The position numbers were made by a program, and so were the translations under genes. A stretch of 64,000 bases of DNA, taken from Candidatus Daviesbacteria bacterium (lineage in GTDB: Bacteria > Patescibacteriota > Microgenomatia > Daviesbacterales > UBA10151). The stretch covers positions 148,356 to 212,355 of the forward strand of contig JAQUSJ010000001.1 of assembly GCA_028715175.1 (NCBI GenBank), read 5' to 3'. Position 1 is the first letter of the stretch. The number at the start of each line of letters is the position of its first letter. Below, in pieces: positions 30,000-39,473 of this stretch. The notes under the pieces were generated by a model. That model was not told the DNA's origin. It saw only the letters and a program-made list of their open reading frames with translations, and searched no databases.

Positions 30000-30780
30000 A
30001 AAAGTGATAAGTAAGAAGAGAAAAGTAACAAGTGACAAGAAACAAGTGACAAGAAAAAAAGCTGGAAGTGCTTCTCTATCTGTTCCAGTTTATTCTCTAG
30101 CTGGTAGAGTTGCTGGAACTTTGTCATTACCAAAGGAAATTTTTGGGGTTAAAGTTAATAAAACATTGCTGTCACAAGCAGCTAGAGTTTATTTAACAAA
30201 CAAGAAGACCTTATTAGGTTCTACCAAGACCCGGGGTGAGATTGAGGGTTCAACTGCCAAGATTTATAGGCAAAAAGGCACCGGCAGGGCTAGACACGGC
30301 GCTATCCGCGCGCCGATATTTGTCGGGGGCGGTATTACTTTTGGTCCCAAGTCCCGCAAGGTACGGCTGGATTTACCAAAGAAGATGAAAAAAGCAGCTT
30401 TATTGTCTGCTCTTTCAGCTAAGGCGGCTGATAAGAATGTAATAGGGTTAGCTGGAGTTGAAAAAGCATCAGGTAAGACAAAAGAGTTATCTAAAGTTTT
30501 AAATAAAATTACTGGAGAAAATAAAGGCATGAAAAGTGTTTTGATTGTGACTGAGGGAAAAGCAGATAATATGATTAGAGCGGTCAGGAATATTCCAGGG
30601 GTTAGTATTTTGTCTACAAATTTGATTAATGCTTACGAAGTTTTAAGACACGACTTATTAATTTTGAACAAAGAAGCGGTCAATGTCATTCTGGGGAGTA
30701 AAACGACACCAGAATCTGGTAAGAAAGATTCTGGACGCGCTCTGCTTGCCAGAATGACAAAGAAAGGGAAGAAAAAATGA
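29989..30780 (+). CDS. rplD: 50S ribosomal protein L4 with repeat-derived N- and C-terminal extensions
   Basis: TKTRGEI, RQKGTGRARHG, FVGGGITFGP. Confidence 0.97.
   Translation: MPVKKVISKKRKVTSDKKQVTRKKAGSASLSVPVYSLAGRVAGTLSLPKEIFGVKVNKTLLSQAARVYLTNKKTLLGSTKTRGEIEGSTAKIYRQKGTGRARHGAIRAPIFVGGGITFGPKSRKVRLDLPKKMKKAALLSALSAKAADKNVIGLAGVEKASGKTKELSKVLNKITGENKGMKSVLIVTEGKADNMIRAVRNIPGVSILSTNLINAYEVLRHDLLILNKEAVNVILGSKTTPESGKKDSGRALLARMTKKGKKK
30002..30057. repeat. Eight degenerate AAG(T/A)NAN heptamers in the rplD N-terminus
   Basis: AAGTGAT AAGTAAG AAGAGAA AAGTAAC AAGTGAC AAGAAAC AAGTGAC AAGAAAA. Confidence 0.75.
30684..30759. repeat. TGTCAT...ATGACA palindromic element read in frame within rplD
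   Basis: TGTCATTCTGG...CCAGAATCT...AGATTCTGG...CCAGAATGACA. Contains GAGTAAAACGA, the reverse complement of TCGTTTTACTC in the tuf/recA copies. Confidence 0.88.
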
Positions 30781-31205
30781 TCATTTTAAAACGGCCAATT
30801 ATTTCTGAAAAATCAATGAAACTTGCCCAAAATGGTTTGTATACTTTTGAGGTTGACAGAGAGGCAACAAAGCCTTTAATTGCCAAAAAAATTTCCGAGA
30901 AATTTAATGTTAACTTTTTAAAAGTTAGAGTAATAAATATTAAAGGAAAGATGAAATCACAAAGAAAAGTTAGAAAAGTTTATCAAACCGGGGGATACAA
31001 AAAAGCTATAGTCCAGGTTAAAAAAGGAGATAAAATTGCTGTCTTTGAAACTCCTAAAGAAGAGGCTACAGTCACAACAGCTGAGGGCGAACCGATCAAA
31101 TTAAAAGAGAAAAAGGATATTTTAGGAAGGACCAAAGTAAAAGTAGAAAAAACCGCGGTTGGGGCAGCGCCTACAACGCAGAGAAAGGTAATAACAGGAA
31201 AGTGA
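30777..31205 (+). CDS. rplW: 50S ribosomal protein L23 with C-terminal extension
   Basis: RPIISEKS, YTFEV, KKAIVQV; syntenic. Confidence 0.95.
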   Translation: MIILKRPIISEKSMKLAQNGLYTFEVDREATKPLIAKKISEKFNVNFLKVRVINIKGKMKSQRKVRKVYQTGGYKKAIVQVKKGDKIAVFETPKEEATVTTAEGEPIKLKEKKDILGRTKVKVEKTAVGAAPTTQRKVITGK

Positions 31206-31217
31206 CGAATGCAGTGA

Positions 31218-31288
31218 GTCATCCCTGCGAAGGCAGGGATTCACTTAACAGCATCAATTAATTGGATTCCCGCATCCGCGGGAATGAC
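31218..31288. repeat. GTCAT...ATGAC double-hairpin element with dRS3/RPE-like ATTCCC-N8-GGGAAT core
   Basis: GTCATCCCT-GCGAAGGC-AGGGAT ... ATTCCC-GCATCCGC-GGGAATGAC between rplW and rplB. Confidence 0.85.
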
Positions 31289-31303
31289 AAGAATGAGAAG
31301 ATT

Positions 31304-32056
31304 ATGGAAACAATAAAAAGCACAAAAAGATTAAAGGTTTTGTTAAAGAAACACTCAGGCCGCTCTGGTGGAGTGTTGACTGTCCGTGGTCAAGGCGGAA
31401 GACATAAGAGGTATTACAGGGGGATTGATTTTAGAAGGGATAAATTTGGAGTTTCGGGTGAAGTGATGGATATTGAATATGATCCGAATAGAAATGTAAA
31501 AATTGCCTTAATCAAATATACGGATGGAGAATACAGGTACATTTTGGCCCCAAAAGGGTTATCTGCGGGTGACAAAGTGATAGCCGGTGACAAAAGTGAA
31601 ATAAAAATTGGTAATGCGATGAAGTTACAAAATATAACGATCGGGACACTGATACATAATGTTGAACTTACTCCTGGTAAAGGCGGACAATTAGGTCGGA
31701 GTGCTGGAATGGCGTTACAACTTCTTGCCAAAGAAGGCGGTTTCGCTAATTTGAAGATGCCCTCAGGTGAGGTTAGGATGATCTCTCTGCAATCAATGGC
31801 TACGATTGGCACATTAGGCAACGAGGAAGTGAGACAGCGGGTATTGGGCAAAGCCGGCAGATCCCGCCATATGGGTATCAAACCAACTGTTCGCGGTGTG
31901 GCTCAAGATCCTGATTCTCACCCGCACGGCGGGGGAGAAGGAAGATCAGGAATTGGGCGAAAAAGCCCGATGACAAAATATGGCAAGATTGCTGTCGGTA
32001 AAACCAGAAATAGAAGAAAGCAAAGCAATAGATATATTTTGAAAAGGAGAAAATAA
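31304..32056 (+). CDS. rplB: 50S ribosomal protein L2
   Basis: [31 protein letters not shown]. The upstream TTG extension (MDSRIRGND) is repeat-derived. Confidence 0.97.
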   Translation: METIKSTKRLKVLLKKHSGRSGGVLTVRGQGGRHKRYYRGIDFRRDKFGVSGEVMDIEYDPNRNVKIALIKYTDGEYRYILAPKGLSAGDKVIAGDKSEIKIGNAMKLQNITIGTLIHNVELTPGKGGQLGRSAGMALQLLAKEGGFANLKMPSGEVRMISLQSMATIGTLGNEEVRQRVLGKAGRSRHMGIKPTVRGVAQDPDSHPHGGGEGRSGIGRKSPMTKYGKIAVGKTRNRRKQSNRYILKRRK

Positions 32057-32057
32057 T

Positions 32058-32342
32058 ATGGGTAGATCAGTTAAAAAAGGTCCGTTCATCGACGAGAAGC
32101 TGATGAAAAAAGTAATGATGCAAAAGCAGGGTGTAAAGAAAGATCCGATTAAAACCTGGGCCAGAAGATCACAGATTCCGCCGGAATTTGTCGGGCATAC
32201 TTTTTTAGTCCACCAAGGGAAAAATTTTGTGACTGTATATGTGTCTGAATCAATGGTGGGACACAGGTTAGGTGAATTTGCGCCAACACGAGTATTTAGA
32301 GGTCATGGAAAGGTAACAGAAAAGAGTACGTCAAAGACTTAA
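32058..32342 (+). CDS. rpsS: 30S ribosomal protein S19
   Basis: [21 protein letters not shown]. Confidence 0.98.
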   Translation: MGRSVKKGPFIDEKLMKKVMMQKQGVKKDPIKTWARRSQIPPEFVGHTFLVHQGKNFVTVYVSESMVGHRLGEFAPTRVFRGHGKVTEKSTSKT

Positions 32343-32356
32343 AAAAGGTCAAAAAT

Positions 32357-32698
32357 ATGGAAATACAAACAATACAAAAATTCTTACACACCAGTCCCAG
32401 GAAACTTCGTCTGGTTTCGGATATGGTTCGTAAAATGGAACCGTCTAAAGCTTTGGATGTTTTGGGGATTGTTCCCAAAGCAGCTGCTAAAGATTTGGAA
32501 AAAGCTCTGAGAGTAGTTTTAGCGAATGCAAAACAGCAAGGCCTGGATGCATCAAAACTAACTTTCAAAAAAATTGAAATAAACGAGAGTATGAAAATGC
32601 GTCGATTCAGAGCTGGTACGAAAGGGAGAGTTAAACCGTATAAGAAGAGAATGAGCCATATAAAAATCGTCTTGTCAGATGAGAAAGGAGAAAAGTAG
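32357..32698 (+). CDS. rplV: 50S ribosomal protein L22
   Basis: SPRKLRLV, ANAKQ, SHIKIVL; syntenic. Confidence 0.97.
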   Translation: MEIQTIQKFLHTSPRKLRLVSDMVRKMEPSKALDVLGIVPKAAAKDLEKALRVVLANAKQQGLDASKLTFKKIEINESMKMRRFRAGTKGRVKPYKKRMSHIKIVLSDEKGEK

Positions 32699-32700
32699 TC

Positions 32701-33342
32701 GTGGGTCAGAAAATACATCCAGTCGGTTTTAGGATGGGTATTGGAGCAGCTTGGAAGTCGCGTTGGTTTGCTCATGGGGCAAAATACCAACAGTATATTG
32801 CGGAGGATTTGAAGATCCGCGAACTTTTGATGAAGAAATTGCGTCCGGCAGGTATTAGTTCGGTTGAGATTGAGAGAGCTGTTAACAAATTAAAAATAAT
32901 AATCTATGTTTCCCGTCCCGGGGTTTTGATTGGACGGGGAGGCAGCGGCTTAAACGATCTGAAGAAATTTTTAATGGCCGAGTTAAAAATTAAGAGCGAC
33001 AATAGTTTAGAGGTTGCGCCGATGGAGTTAAAATCGGCAGACTTATCATCTTATCTTGTTGCCCAATCTGTAGCTGAACAGCTTGTCAGAAGACTGTCTG
33101 CGCAACGAGTGATGAATCAAGTAATTGATAGAGTAATGAGGGCCGGCGCCAAGGGTGTAAGGATTGTTTTATCCGGCAGAATAGGTGGCGCAGAAATTGC
33201 AAGACGCGAATGGAAGGCTGCAGGAACTATGCCTTTGCACACTCTTAGGGCAGACATAGATTTTGTTACATACCCGGCTTTAACAAAGTCAGGATATGTG
33301 GGAGTGAAAGTTTGGATTAACAAAGGGGAGGTAGAAATTTAA
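32701..33342 (+). CDS. rpsC: 30S ribosomal protein S3
   Basis: [42 protein letters not shown]. Confidence 0.98.
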   Translation: MGQKIHPVGFRMGIGAAWKSRWFAHGAKYQQYIAEDLKIRELLMKKLRPAGISSVEIERAVNKLKIIIYVSRPGVLIGRGGSGLNDLKKFLMAELKIKSDNSLEVAPMELKSADLSSYLVAQSVAEQLVRRLSAQRVMNQVIDRVMRAGAKGVRIVLSGRIGGAEIARREWKAAGTMPLHTLRADIDFVTYPALTKSGYVGVKVWINKGEVEI

Positions 33343-33343
33343 C

Positions 33344-33757
33344 ATGTCGCTATTGCAACCAAAGAGAATGAAGCATAGAAAAACCTTTAAAGGTAAAAGA
33401 GGCGGGATAGCTACGCGCGGTAATCGTTTATCGTTTGGGTCTTTCGGGTTAAAGGCTATGGAGGCAGGTTTTATCTCTGCAAGACAACTCGAAGCAGCCA
33501 GACGGGCGATGACTCATTTTACGCAAAGAGGCGGACGTATTTGGATCAGGGTTTTTCCTGATAAGCCGGTTACCAAACACCCGGCAGAGAGTAGAATGGG
33601 TTCTGGTAAGGGTGATGTTGAAGGATATGTGGCTGTTGTGAAACCGGGAAGCTTAATTTTTGAAATGGGGGCTGTTGCAAAAGGGATAGCGGAAGAGGCT
33701 TTAAGATTAGCTGCCCATAAGTTGCCGATTGATACAAAATTTGTGGAAAAGACTTAA
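33344..33757 (+). CDS. rplP: 50S ribosomal protein L16
   Basis: [24 protein letters not shown]. Confidence 0.98.
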   Translation: MSLLQPKRMKHRKTFKGKRGGIATRGNRLSFGSFGLKAMEAGFISARQLEAARRAMTHFTQRGGRIWIRVFPDKPVTKHPAESRMGSGKGDVEGYVAVVKPGSLIFEMGAVAKGIAEEALRLAAHKLPIDTKFVEKT

Positions 33758-33759
33758 CT

Positions 33760-34044
33760 ATGAAGAAAAACGATTTTTTGCAGATAAAAGGATTAGATGT
33801 AAGAGAGCTGAAGGTTAAAGCGAGGACTCTAAAGGAAGAAATTGCAAATTTAACTTTGGATAAAAATATGAAAAAGTTGAAAGATCTAAAAATGGTTTCG
33901 AAAAAGAAAAAAGAGCTGGCTCAAATTTTGACAATTATTAAACAGAAAGAACTCTTAATACAACTAGAATCAATAAGTCATCAGACTGAAAAGATAATTG
34001 AGAAAGAAGAAAAACTTAAAGAAAGAAAGGAAAAAAATAAATGA
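33760..34044 (+). CDS. rpmC: 50S ribosomal protein L29 with a C-terminal tail shared with S17
   Basis: Position between rplP and rpsQ; KKELAQILT resembles L29 RxxIARIxT. Confidence 0.85.
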   Translation: MKKNDFLQIKGLDVRELKVKARTLKEEIANLTLDKNMKKLKDLKMVSKKKKELAQILTIIKQKELLIQLESISHQTEKIIEKEEKLKERKEKNK

Positions 34045-34433
34045 TTGGAAGGGTTGTTTCAACAAAAATGCAAAAAACGGTGACTGTCTTAATAGAAAGA
34101 GTGGCCAAGCACCCTTTGTATCAAAAAACTTTTATTCAAAGTAAAAGATATTTGGTTGATGATCCTGTTGGTGTAAAGATGGGGGATGTGGTAGAGATCG
34201 TTAAAGTCAAACCGATTTCTAAGAACAAGCATTGGAGGATAGTCAAAGTAGTAGGGAAGAATTTGGAAGAAATTACAGAAAGTGCATTAAAGGCAGCAGC
34301 AGAAAAAATAATTGCGGAAGCGATGCCGGAGGGAAAGACTGAAGAGTCGTCAGTCATCAGTCATCAGACTGAAGAAGAAACAAACAAAAGACAAGAAAAA
34401 CTTAAAGAAAGAAAGGAAAAGTCTGAAAGCTGA
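34041..34433 (+). CDS. rpsQ: 30S ribosomal protein S17 with charged C-terminal tail
   Basis: GRVVSTKMQKTVTV, HPLY, GDVVEI..KPISKNK.W. Confidence 0.97.
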   Translation: MIGRVVSTKMQKTVTVLIERVAKHPLYQKTFIQSKRYLVDDPVGVKMGDVVEIVKVKPISKNKHWRIVKVVGKNLEEITESALKAAAEKIIAEAMPEGKTEESSVISHQTEEETNKRQEKLKERKEKSES

Positions 34434-34452
34434 TAGCTGAAGACTGAGAGCT
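34346..34452. repeat. Inverted heptamer-array element spanning the rpsQ 3' end
   Basis: GTCGTCA GTCATCA GTCATCA GAC - purine-rich spacer - GTC TGAAAGC TGATAGC TGAAGAC TGAGAGC. The right arm is the reverse complement (30/32) of 18519-18550. Confidence 0.82.
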
Positions 34453-34458
34453 AATTTT

Positions 34459-34827
34459 ATGGTTCAACACAGGACCAGGTTAACAGTTGCAGATAATAGC
34501 GGGGCAAAAGCAGTCCAAGTAATTCAACCCTTGGGCGGTTCAGGCAAGAGAAAAGCTTCTTTGGGACAATTGGTAGTGGCAGTTGTTAAAGGGGCAGATC
34601 CGAATGGGCAAGTAAAAAACCACGAGATAGTTAAAGTTGTGATTGTCAGGACGAAAAAAGAGGTCAGACGTGATGACGGTTCATATATAAAATTTGATGA
34701 TAATGCGGGAGTGATTGTAGATAACGATGGAAACTTAAGAGCTACCCGTATATTTGGTCCGGTTGCAAGAGAAGTCAGAGATGCCGGGTACGCAAAAATT
34801 ATTTCTCTGGCGCAGGAGGTTTGGTAA
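34459..34827 (+). CDS. rplN: 50S ribosomal protein L14
   Basis: [32 protein letters not shown]. Confidence 0.98.
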   Translation: MVQHRTRLTVADNSGAKAVQVIQPLGGSGKRKASLGQLVVAVVKGADPNGQVKNHEIVKVVIVRTKKEVRRDDGSYIKFDDNAGVIVDNDGNLRATRIFGPVAREVRDAGYAKIISLAQEVW

Positions 34828-34830
34828 ATT

Positions 34831-35151
34831 ATGAAAATACAAAAAGGCGATAAAGTCAAAATAATGTTGGGTAAAGATAGAGGCAAGGAAGGTAAAGTAG
34901 AGTTTGTTTTAGTTAAGAGGAAAAAAGTATTTGTTGGGGGAGTAAATCTTTACAAAAGACATGTTAAAAAACATGGCAACCTGGAGGGAGGCATCATTGA
35001 TCTTCCTAAACCAATGGATATTTCCAATGTAGCTTTAATTTGTCCCAATTGCAATAAGACGACCAAAATCGGAATAAAGAAACTGGAAAGTGGCAAAACT
35101 AGAATTTGCCGTAAGTGCAAAAAGGAGATTAATACAAATGCAAAGGATTAA
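34831..35151 (+). CDS. rplX: 50S ribosomal protein L24
   Basis: KGDKVKIMLGKDRGKEGKV, ISNVALICPNC. Confidence 0.97.
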   Translation: MKIQKGDKVKIMLGKDRGKEGKVEFVLVKRKKVFVGGVNLYKRHVKKHGNLEGGIIDLPKPMDISNVALICPNCNKTTKIGIKKLESGKTRICRKCKKEINTNAKD

Positions 35152-35695
35152 AGAAAAATATATCAACGAATTGCGACAAAAATTACAACAGGAATTAGGC
35201 CTGAAAAATAAATTGGCGGTTCCCGCTGTAGAAAAAATCGTCATCAGCATTGGTTTGGGTGAGGCGAAAGATAATGCCGGAGTATTGGATAAAGTAAAAG
35301 TTTACTTTGCAGCATTGGCTGGTCAAAAACCTGTTGTGACTTTAGCTAAAAAATCTATTGCATCTTTTAAAGTCAGTAAGGGACAACCGATTGGGATGAT
35401 GGTGACGCTGCGGGGTGATAAAATGTATGCTTTTCTGGATAAATTAATCAATATAGTCTTACCTAAGGTTAGGGATTTTAAGGGGATATCGCAAAACTCT
35501 TTTGATAGTCATGGAAATTTAAATATCGGCCTGAAAGAACAGACTATCTTTCCCGAAGTTGATTATAAGAGCGTAGATAAAATACGCGGTTTGGCGATAA
35601 CCATTACCACAACTGCAAAAAAGAGGGGTGGTTTCACCGCTAAAGAGGAAGGAAAGAAATTGCTTGACGGGTTAGGTATGCCTTTCAGGAGTTAA
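35138..35695 (+). CDS. rplE: 50S ribosomal protein L5
   Basis: GQKPVVT.AKKSIASFK, VTLRG, LPKVRDFKG, EQTIFPE. Confidence 0.97.
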   Translation: MQRIKEKYINELRQKLQQELGLKNKLAVPAVEKIVISIGLGEAKDNAGVLDKVKVYFAALAGQKPVVTLAKKSIASFKVSKGQPIGMMVTLRGDKMYAFLDKLINIVLPKVRDFKGISQNSFDSHGNLNIGLKEQTIFPEVDYKSVDKIRGLAITITTTAKKRGGFTAKEEGKKLLDGLGMPFRS

Positions 35696-35698
35696 TAT

Positions 35699-35878
35699 AT
35701 GGCTAAAGTATCGAATATCGTTAAAAAGAAATTTAAATACGATGTGCAGAAAAAGAATCGTTGTATGCGGTGCGGCAGGGCCCGGGCTTATCTTAGAAAA
35801 TTTGGACTTTGCAGACTTTGTTTTAGAGAATTAGCACACCAGGGACTATTGCCAGGAGTTAAAAAAGCATCATGGTAG
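35699..35878 (+). CDS. rpsN: 30S ribosomal protein S14 type Z (zinc-binding); absent from the ORF track
   Basis: Manual translation: [59 protein letters not shown]. Confidence 0.97.
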   Translation: MAKVSNIVKKKFKYDVQKKNRCMRCGRARAYLRKFGLCRLCFRELAHQGLLPGVKKASW

Positions 35879-35880
35879 GA

Positions 35881-35922
35881 AAATTAGAATTATGAATTTA
35901 GAATTAAGAATCTTGAATAACA
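35881..35922. repeat. Six degenerate AATNNNG-type heptamers in the rpsN-rpsH spacer
   Basis: AAATTAG AATTATG AATTTAG AATTAAG AATCTTG AATAACA. Confidence 0.7.
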
Positions 35923-36000
35923 AAATAAAGATACGTGATGGACGATTCGGAAACGTGAGTTCATCAAAAGGAGGAGGACGGTAGAATCGTCCAAAAAGAC

Positions 36001-36375
36001 ATGGATCCAGTTGCAGATGCGTTAATAAGAATAAAGAATGGTTATCAGGTTGGCAAATTGAAAGTTGCAATTAGATTCTCAAAGTTAATTTTAAAACTTG
36101 CTAAATTACTTGAGAAAGAAGGCTATCTGTTGGGGGTTGAACAAAAGGGTCAAGAAATAATAGTCACCTTGAAATATAATTCAAGAGCTCCGGTTTTAAC
36201 CGATATCCAAAGAGTTTCAAAGCCTGCTCTTAGGGTATACAAAGGAGTTAAAGACTTGCCGGTAGTCTTAAACGGATTAGGTATTGCGATTATTTCGACA
36301 CCTAAAGGTTTAATGACTGACAGGCAAGCGCGCAAACTTAAAGTAGGAGGGGAAGTGTTAGCGCTAGTTTGGTAA
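36001..36375 (+). CDS. rpsH: 30S ribosomal protein S8
   Basis: DPVADALIRIKN, RVSKPALRVY, GLGIAIISTPKGLMT. Confidence 0.98.
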   Translation: MDPVADALIRIKNGYQVGKLKVAIRFSKLILKLAKLLEKEGYLLGVEQKGQEIIVTLKYNSRAPVLTDIQRVSKPALRVYKGVKDLPVVLNGLGIAIISTPKGLMTDRQARKLKVGGEVLALVW

Positions 36376-36381
36376 AAAAAT

Positions 36382-36942
36382 ATGAGTAGAATCGGGAATG
36401 CACCTATTACAATACCTGTCGGAGTTGCTGTTGAAAAAAGCGGCAGGATAGTTAGTGTCAGCGGGCCAAAAGGAGTATTAAAAATGGAGCTGGACCCAAC
36501 TGTTTCTTTAGAGATGGAAGGATCAACTGTGATTATCAAGAGAAAAAATGATCAAAAAAAAGTTAAAGCATTGCATGGGTTAACAAGGAGTCTAATTGCC
36601 AACATGGTAACCGGAGTGAGTAATTTATGGAGTAAAAGTTTAGAATTAGTTGGTGTTGGGTTTAGGGCACAGATTACCGGAGATAAATTAGTAATCAATA
36701 TTGGTTTTTCTCATCCGGTAGAAATTGTCGCTCCGGAGGGGATTACTTTTGAAGTAACAGATAATACAAAAATTAAAGTTAGCGGCGTGGATAAGCAGTT
36801 AGTTGGACAAGTAGCTGCTAATTTAAAAAAGATCAGGCCCCCTGATGTATACAAAGGTAAAGGGATTAGGTATGAAGGTGAATATATCAGAAAGAAAGTA
36901 GGGAAGAGTGCAAAGGTAGGAGTTGCAGTTGGAGGGAAATAA
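36382..36942 (+). CDS. rplF: 50S ribosomal protein L6
   Basis: MSRIG, GVGFRA, RPPDVYKGKGIRY. Confidence 0.98.
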   Translation: MSRIGNAPITIPVGVAVEKSGRIVSVSGPKGVLKMELDPTVSLEMEGSTVIIKRKNDQKKVKALHGLTRSLIANMVTGVSNLWSKSLELVGVGFRAQITGDKLVINIGFSHPVEIVAPEGITFEVTDNTKIKVSGVDKQLVGQVAANLKKIRPPDVYKGKGIRYEGEYIRKKVGKSAKVGVAVGGK

Positions 36943-36945
36943 TTC

Positions 36946-37281
36946 ATGAAAAAAGAAATTAGGGTAATGAAGCATTTAAAAATAAGACAACGGATTTATG
37001 GGACTCAAGAGCGTCCGCGGTTGTCTGTATTCAGATCAAGCCAACATATTTTTGCCCAATTGATTGACGATAAGGCAGGTAAAACTTATGCTCAAGCAAG
37101 TGATTTGAAAATGACCAAAGAACCAAAGAATAAAAAGGCCTATGAGGTAGGTAGACAACTGGCAGCTAAAGCATTAAAACTTAAAATTAAAAAAGCGGTA
37201 TTTGATAGAGGCGGTTTTTTATATAGTGGCAGGGTAGAAAGTTTGGCAAAAGGCGCCAGAGAAGGAGGTTTAGAATTTTAA
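36946..37281 (+). CDS. rplR: 50S ribosomal protein L18
   Basis: [29 protein letters not shown]. Confidence 0.98.
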   Translation: MKKEIRVMKHLKIRQRIYGTQERPRLSVFRSSQHIFAQLIDDKAGKTYAQASDLKMTKEPKNKKAYEVGRQLAAKALKLKIKKAVFDRGGFLYSGRVESLAKGAREGGLEF

Positions 37282-37733
37282 TGAATCCGGAAAATATTCA
37301 ACCAGAATTTTTTGAAAGAGTAGTTCAGGTGAACAGGGTATCTAAAAAAACCAAAGGAGGAGATAAGAGATCTTTATCTGTTTTGGTTGTTGTCGGTGAT
37401 AAAAAAGGAAGAGTTGGAGTGGGTTTGGGTAAGGCTGCTGAAGTGCAAGCCGCAGTAAGAAAAGCAACATCTTATGCAAAAAAACATCTGATTACAGTGC
37501 CTTTGAAAGGTAGAACTATACCACACACAATTTTAGTAAAAAATGGCGCAGCAAAAGTACTGCTTAAACCAGCTCCGATAGGTACAGGTGTTATAGCCGG
37601 AGGCGCAGTCAGAGTGGTAGTGGAGGCAGCAGGTATTCATGATATTGTATCTAAGATTTTGGGTACCAAAAATCAGGCTTCAAATGTTTATGCTACATTG
37701 GAGGCACTGGGGAAATTAAAAAAGATAATATGA
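37281..37733 (+). CDS. rpsE: 30S ribosomal protein S5
   Basis: [30 protein letters not shown]. Confidence 0.98.
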   Translation: MNPENIQPEFFERVVQVNRVSKKTKGGDKRSLSVLVVVGDKKGRVGVGLGKAAEVQAAVRKATSYAKKHLITVPLKGRTIPHTILVKNGAAKVLLKPAPIGTGVIAGGAVRVVVEAAGIHDIVSKILGTKNQASNVYATLEALGKLKKII

Positions 37734-38188
37734 AATTACACGAACTTATAAAAATTGCAACCAGATCCAAGAAAAGACTTGGTCGCGGTTTGGGTTCCGG
37801 AAAAGGGAAAACCGGCGGACGAGGTACAAAGGGTCAAAAAGCAAGAGGTAAAATGCCTTTAAGTTTTACCGGCAGTCTTGCGCTCTATAAAAAACTCCCC
37901 CTTAAAAAGGGAAAAGGTAATCTCAAACCGGCAACTAAAAAAATATTACTCGACATTGCTAAATTAGATATTTTTAAAGATAAAACTATTGTTGATCTGG
38001 AAAAGCTTATAGAGATGAGCATTATTTCAGAAAAGCAAGCGAAAAGAGGGGTAAAAATTTTAAATAAGACAAGCTTGTCGCTTCGCGATAAAAGTAAGTT
38101 AAACAGGGTTTTAACCGTTAAGCTTCCCGTATCAGCTTCCGCCCGGAAAGAAATTGAAAAATTAGGCGGGAAGGTTGAATATGACTAA
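37730..38188 (+). CDS. rplO: 50S ribosomal protein L15
   Basis: [25 protein letters not shown]. Overlaps rpsE directly, so there is no rpmD. Confidence 0.97.
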   Translation: MKLHELIKIATRSKKRLGRGLGSGKGKTGGRGTKGQKARGKMPLSFTGSLALYKKLPLKKGKGNLKPATKKILLDIAKLDIFKDKTIVDLEKLIEMSIISEKQAKRGVKILNKTSLSLRDKSKLNRVLTVKLPVSASARKEIEKLGGKVEYD

Positions 38189-39473
38189 TATTCTATCTCC
38201 GGTCATTAATGCTTTTAAAATTGCAGAACTACGAAGAAAAATCTTTATAACGATAGTTTTAGTCATAATTTTTAGAATTTCTGCTCATATTCCTGTTTCT
38301 GGTGTAGATCTTGCAGGTTTACAAGCTTTATTTGCTTCCAATCAATTTTTGGGACTTCTGGATATTTTCTCTGGCGGAACTTTGGCTAATTTTTCAATAA
38401 TTTCATTAGGACTTAATCCCTATATTAATGCTTCTATTATATTTCAACTTTTAACAATGATTAGTCCAAAGCTAGAAGCGCTGTCTAAAGAAGGCGAAAT
38501 GGGCAGACAAATAATTAATCAATACACAAGATATCTGACTGTACCGCTCGCTATATTACAAGCAATTGGTATGTTTGTTCTACTCAAAAATCAGGGGATA
38601 ATTGCTCAAATTAATCCAATGCAGGTGGCAGCAATTATTATCGGTATGACTGCCGGAACAATTTTTCTGATGTGGTTAGGAGAGCTGATTACGGAATATG
38701 GTATTGGCAACGGAATATCACTTTTAATCTTTGCAGGGATTGTTTCAAGAGTCCCTATTACGTTAACACAGACAGCTTTTGTTGCAGATCAGACACAAAT
38801 AATGAATATTCTAATATTCGCTGTTCTGGGAATTTTGGTAGTTGCGGGTGTAGTTTTTGTGAATGAAGGAAGAAGACAAATTACAGTTCAGTACGCCAGG
38901 AGATTTATTGGCGGGAAAGGTCCGGAAACAGGCGCCCAGACTTATTTACCGCTTCGTGTTAACCAAGCCGGAGTAATCCCAATTATTTTTGCGGTTTCAT
39001 TGGTTCTGGTTCCATCATTTGCGGGGTCGTATTTGGCCGGTCTTTCTCAACCCCAATTATCTTCAATCGGCAGATTTTTAGCAGTAAATTTTAATCCCGG
39101 AAGCCTGATTTATAATCTGGTTTATTTTATTCTGGTTGTTGGTTTTACTTTTTTCTACACTGCGGTAATTTTTAATCCCGTAAAAGTCGCTGATGAAATC
39201 AAAAAATACGGGGGATTTATTCCGGGGATACGACCGGGTACTCAAACTGCCGCTTTCCTAAACTATATTATGGTTAGAATTACCCTCGCAGGAGCTTTTT
39301 TTCTGGGCGCGATTGCGATTTTACCTTCTATTGCTTCGCAAATAACCGGCATTCAGACTTTACTCTTAGGCGGGACAGGACTTCTTATCGTCGTATCGGT
39401 TATTTTGGATACGGCCAAACAATTTGAGTCTAAGTTAATTGAAAGAAGCTATGAGGTGTTTGCCAAAAGATGA
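38181..39473 (+). CDS. secY: Preprotein translocase SecY
   Basis: [50 protein letters not shown]. Confidence 0.98.
   Translation: MTNILSPVINAFKIAELRRKIFITIVLVIIFRISAHIPVSGVDLAGLQALFASNQFLGLLDIFSGGTLANFSIISLGLNPYINASIIFQLLTMISPKLEALSKEGEMGRQIINQYTRYLTVPLAILQAIGMFVLLKNQGIIAQINPMQVAAIIIGMTAGTIFLMWLGELITEYGIGNGISLLIFAGIVSRVPITLTQTAFVADQTQIMNILIFAVLGILVVAGVVFVNEGRRQITVQYARRFIGGKGPETGAQTYLPLRVNQAGVIPIIFAVSLVLVPSFAGSYLAGLSQPQLSSIGRFLAVNFNPGSLIYNLVYFILVVGFTFFYTAVIFNPVKVADEIKKYGGFIPGIRPGTQTAAFLNYIMVRITLAGAFFLGAIAILPSIASQITGIQTLLLGGTGLLIVVSVILDTAKQFESKLIERSYEVFAKR

Noticed and set aside
31262-31303. N-terminal MDSRIRGND extension of L2
   Set aside because: It is the translation of the palindromic repeat; ATG 31304 is the more plausible start.
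37730-37733. Missing rpmD (L30) as a novelty
   Set aside because: Real, but an established CPR trait; used only for taxonomic inference.
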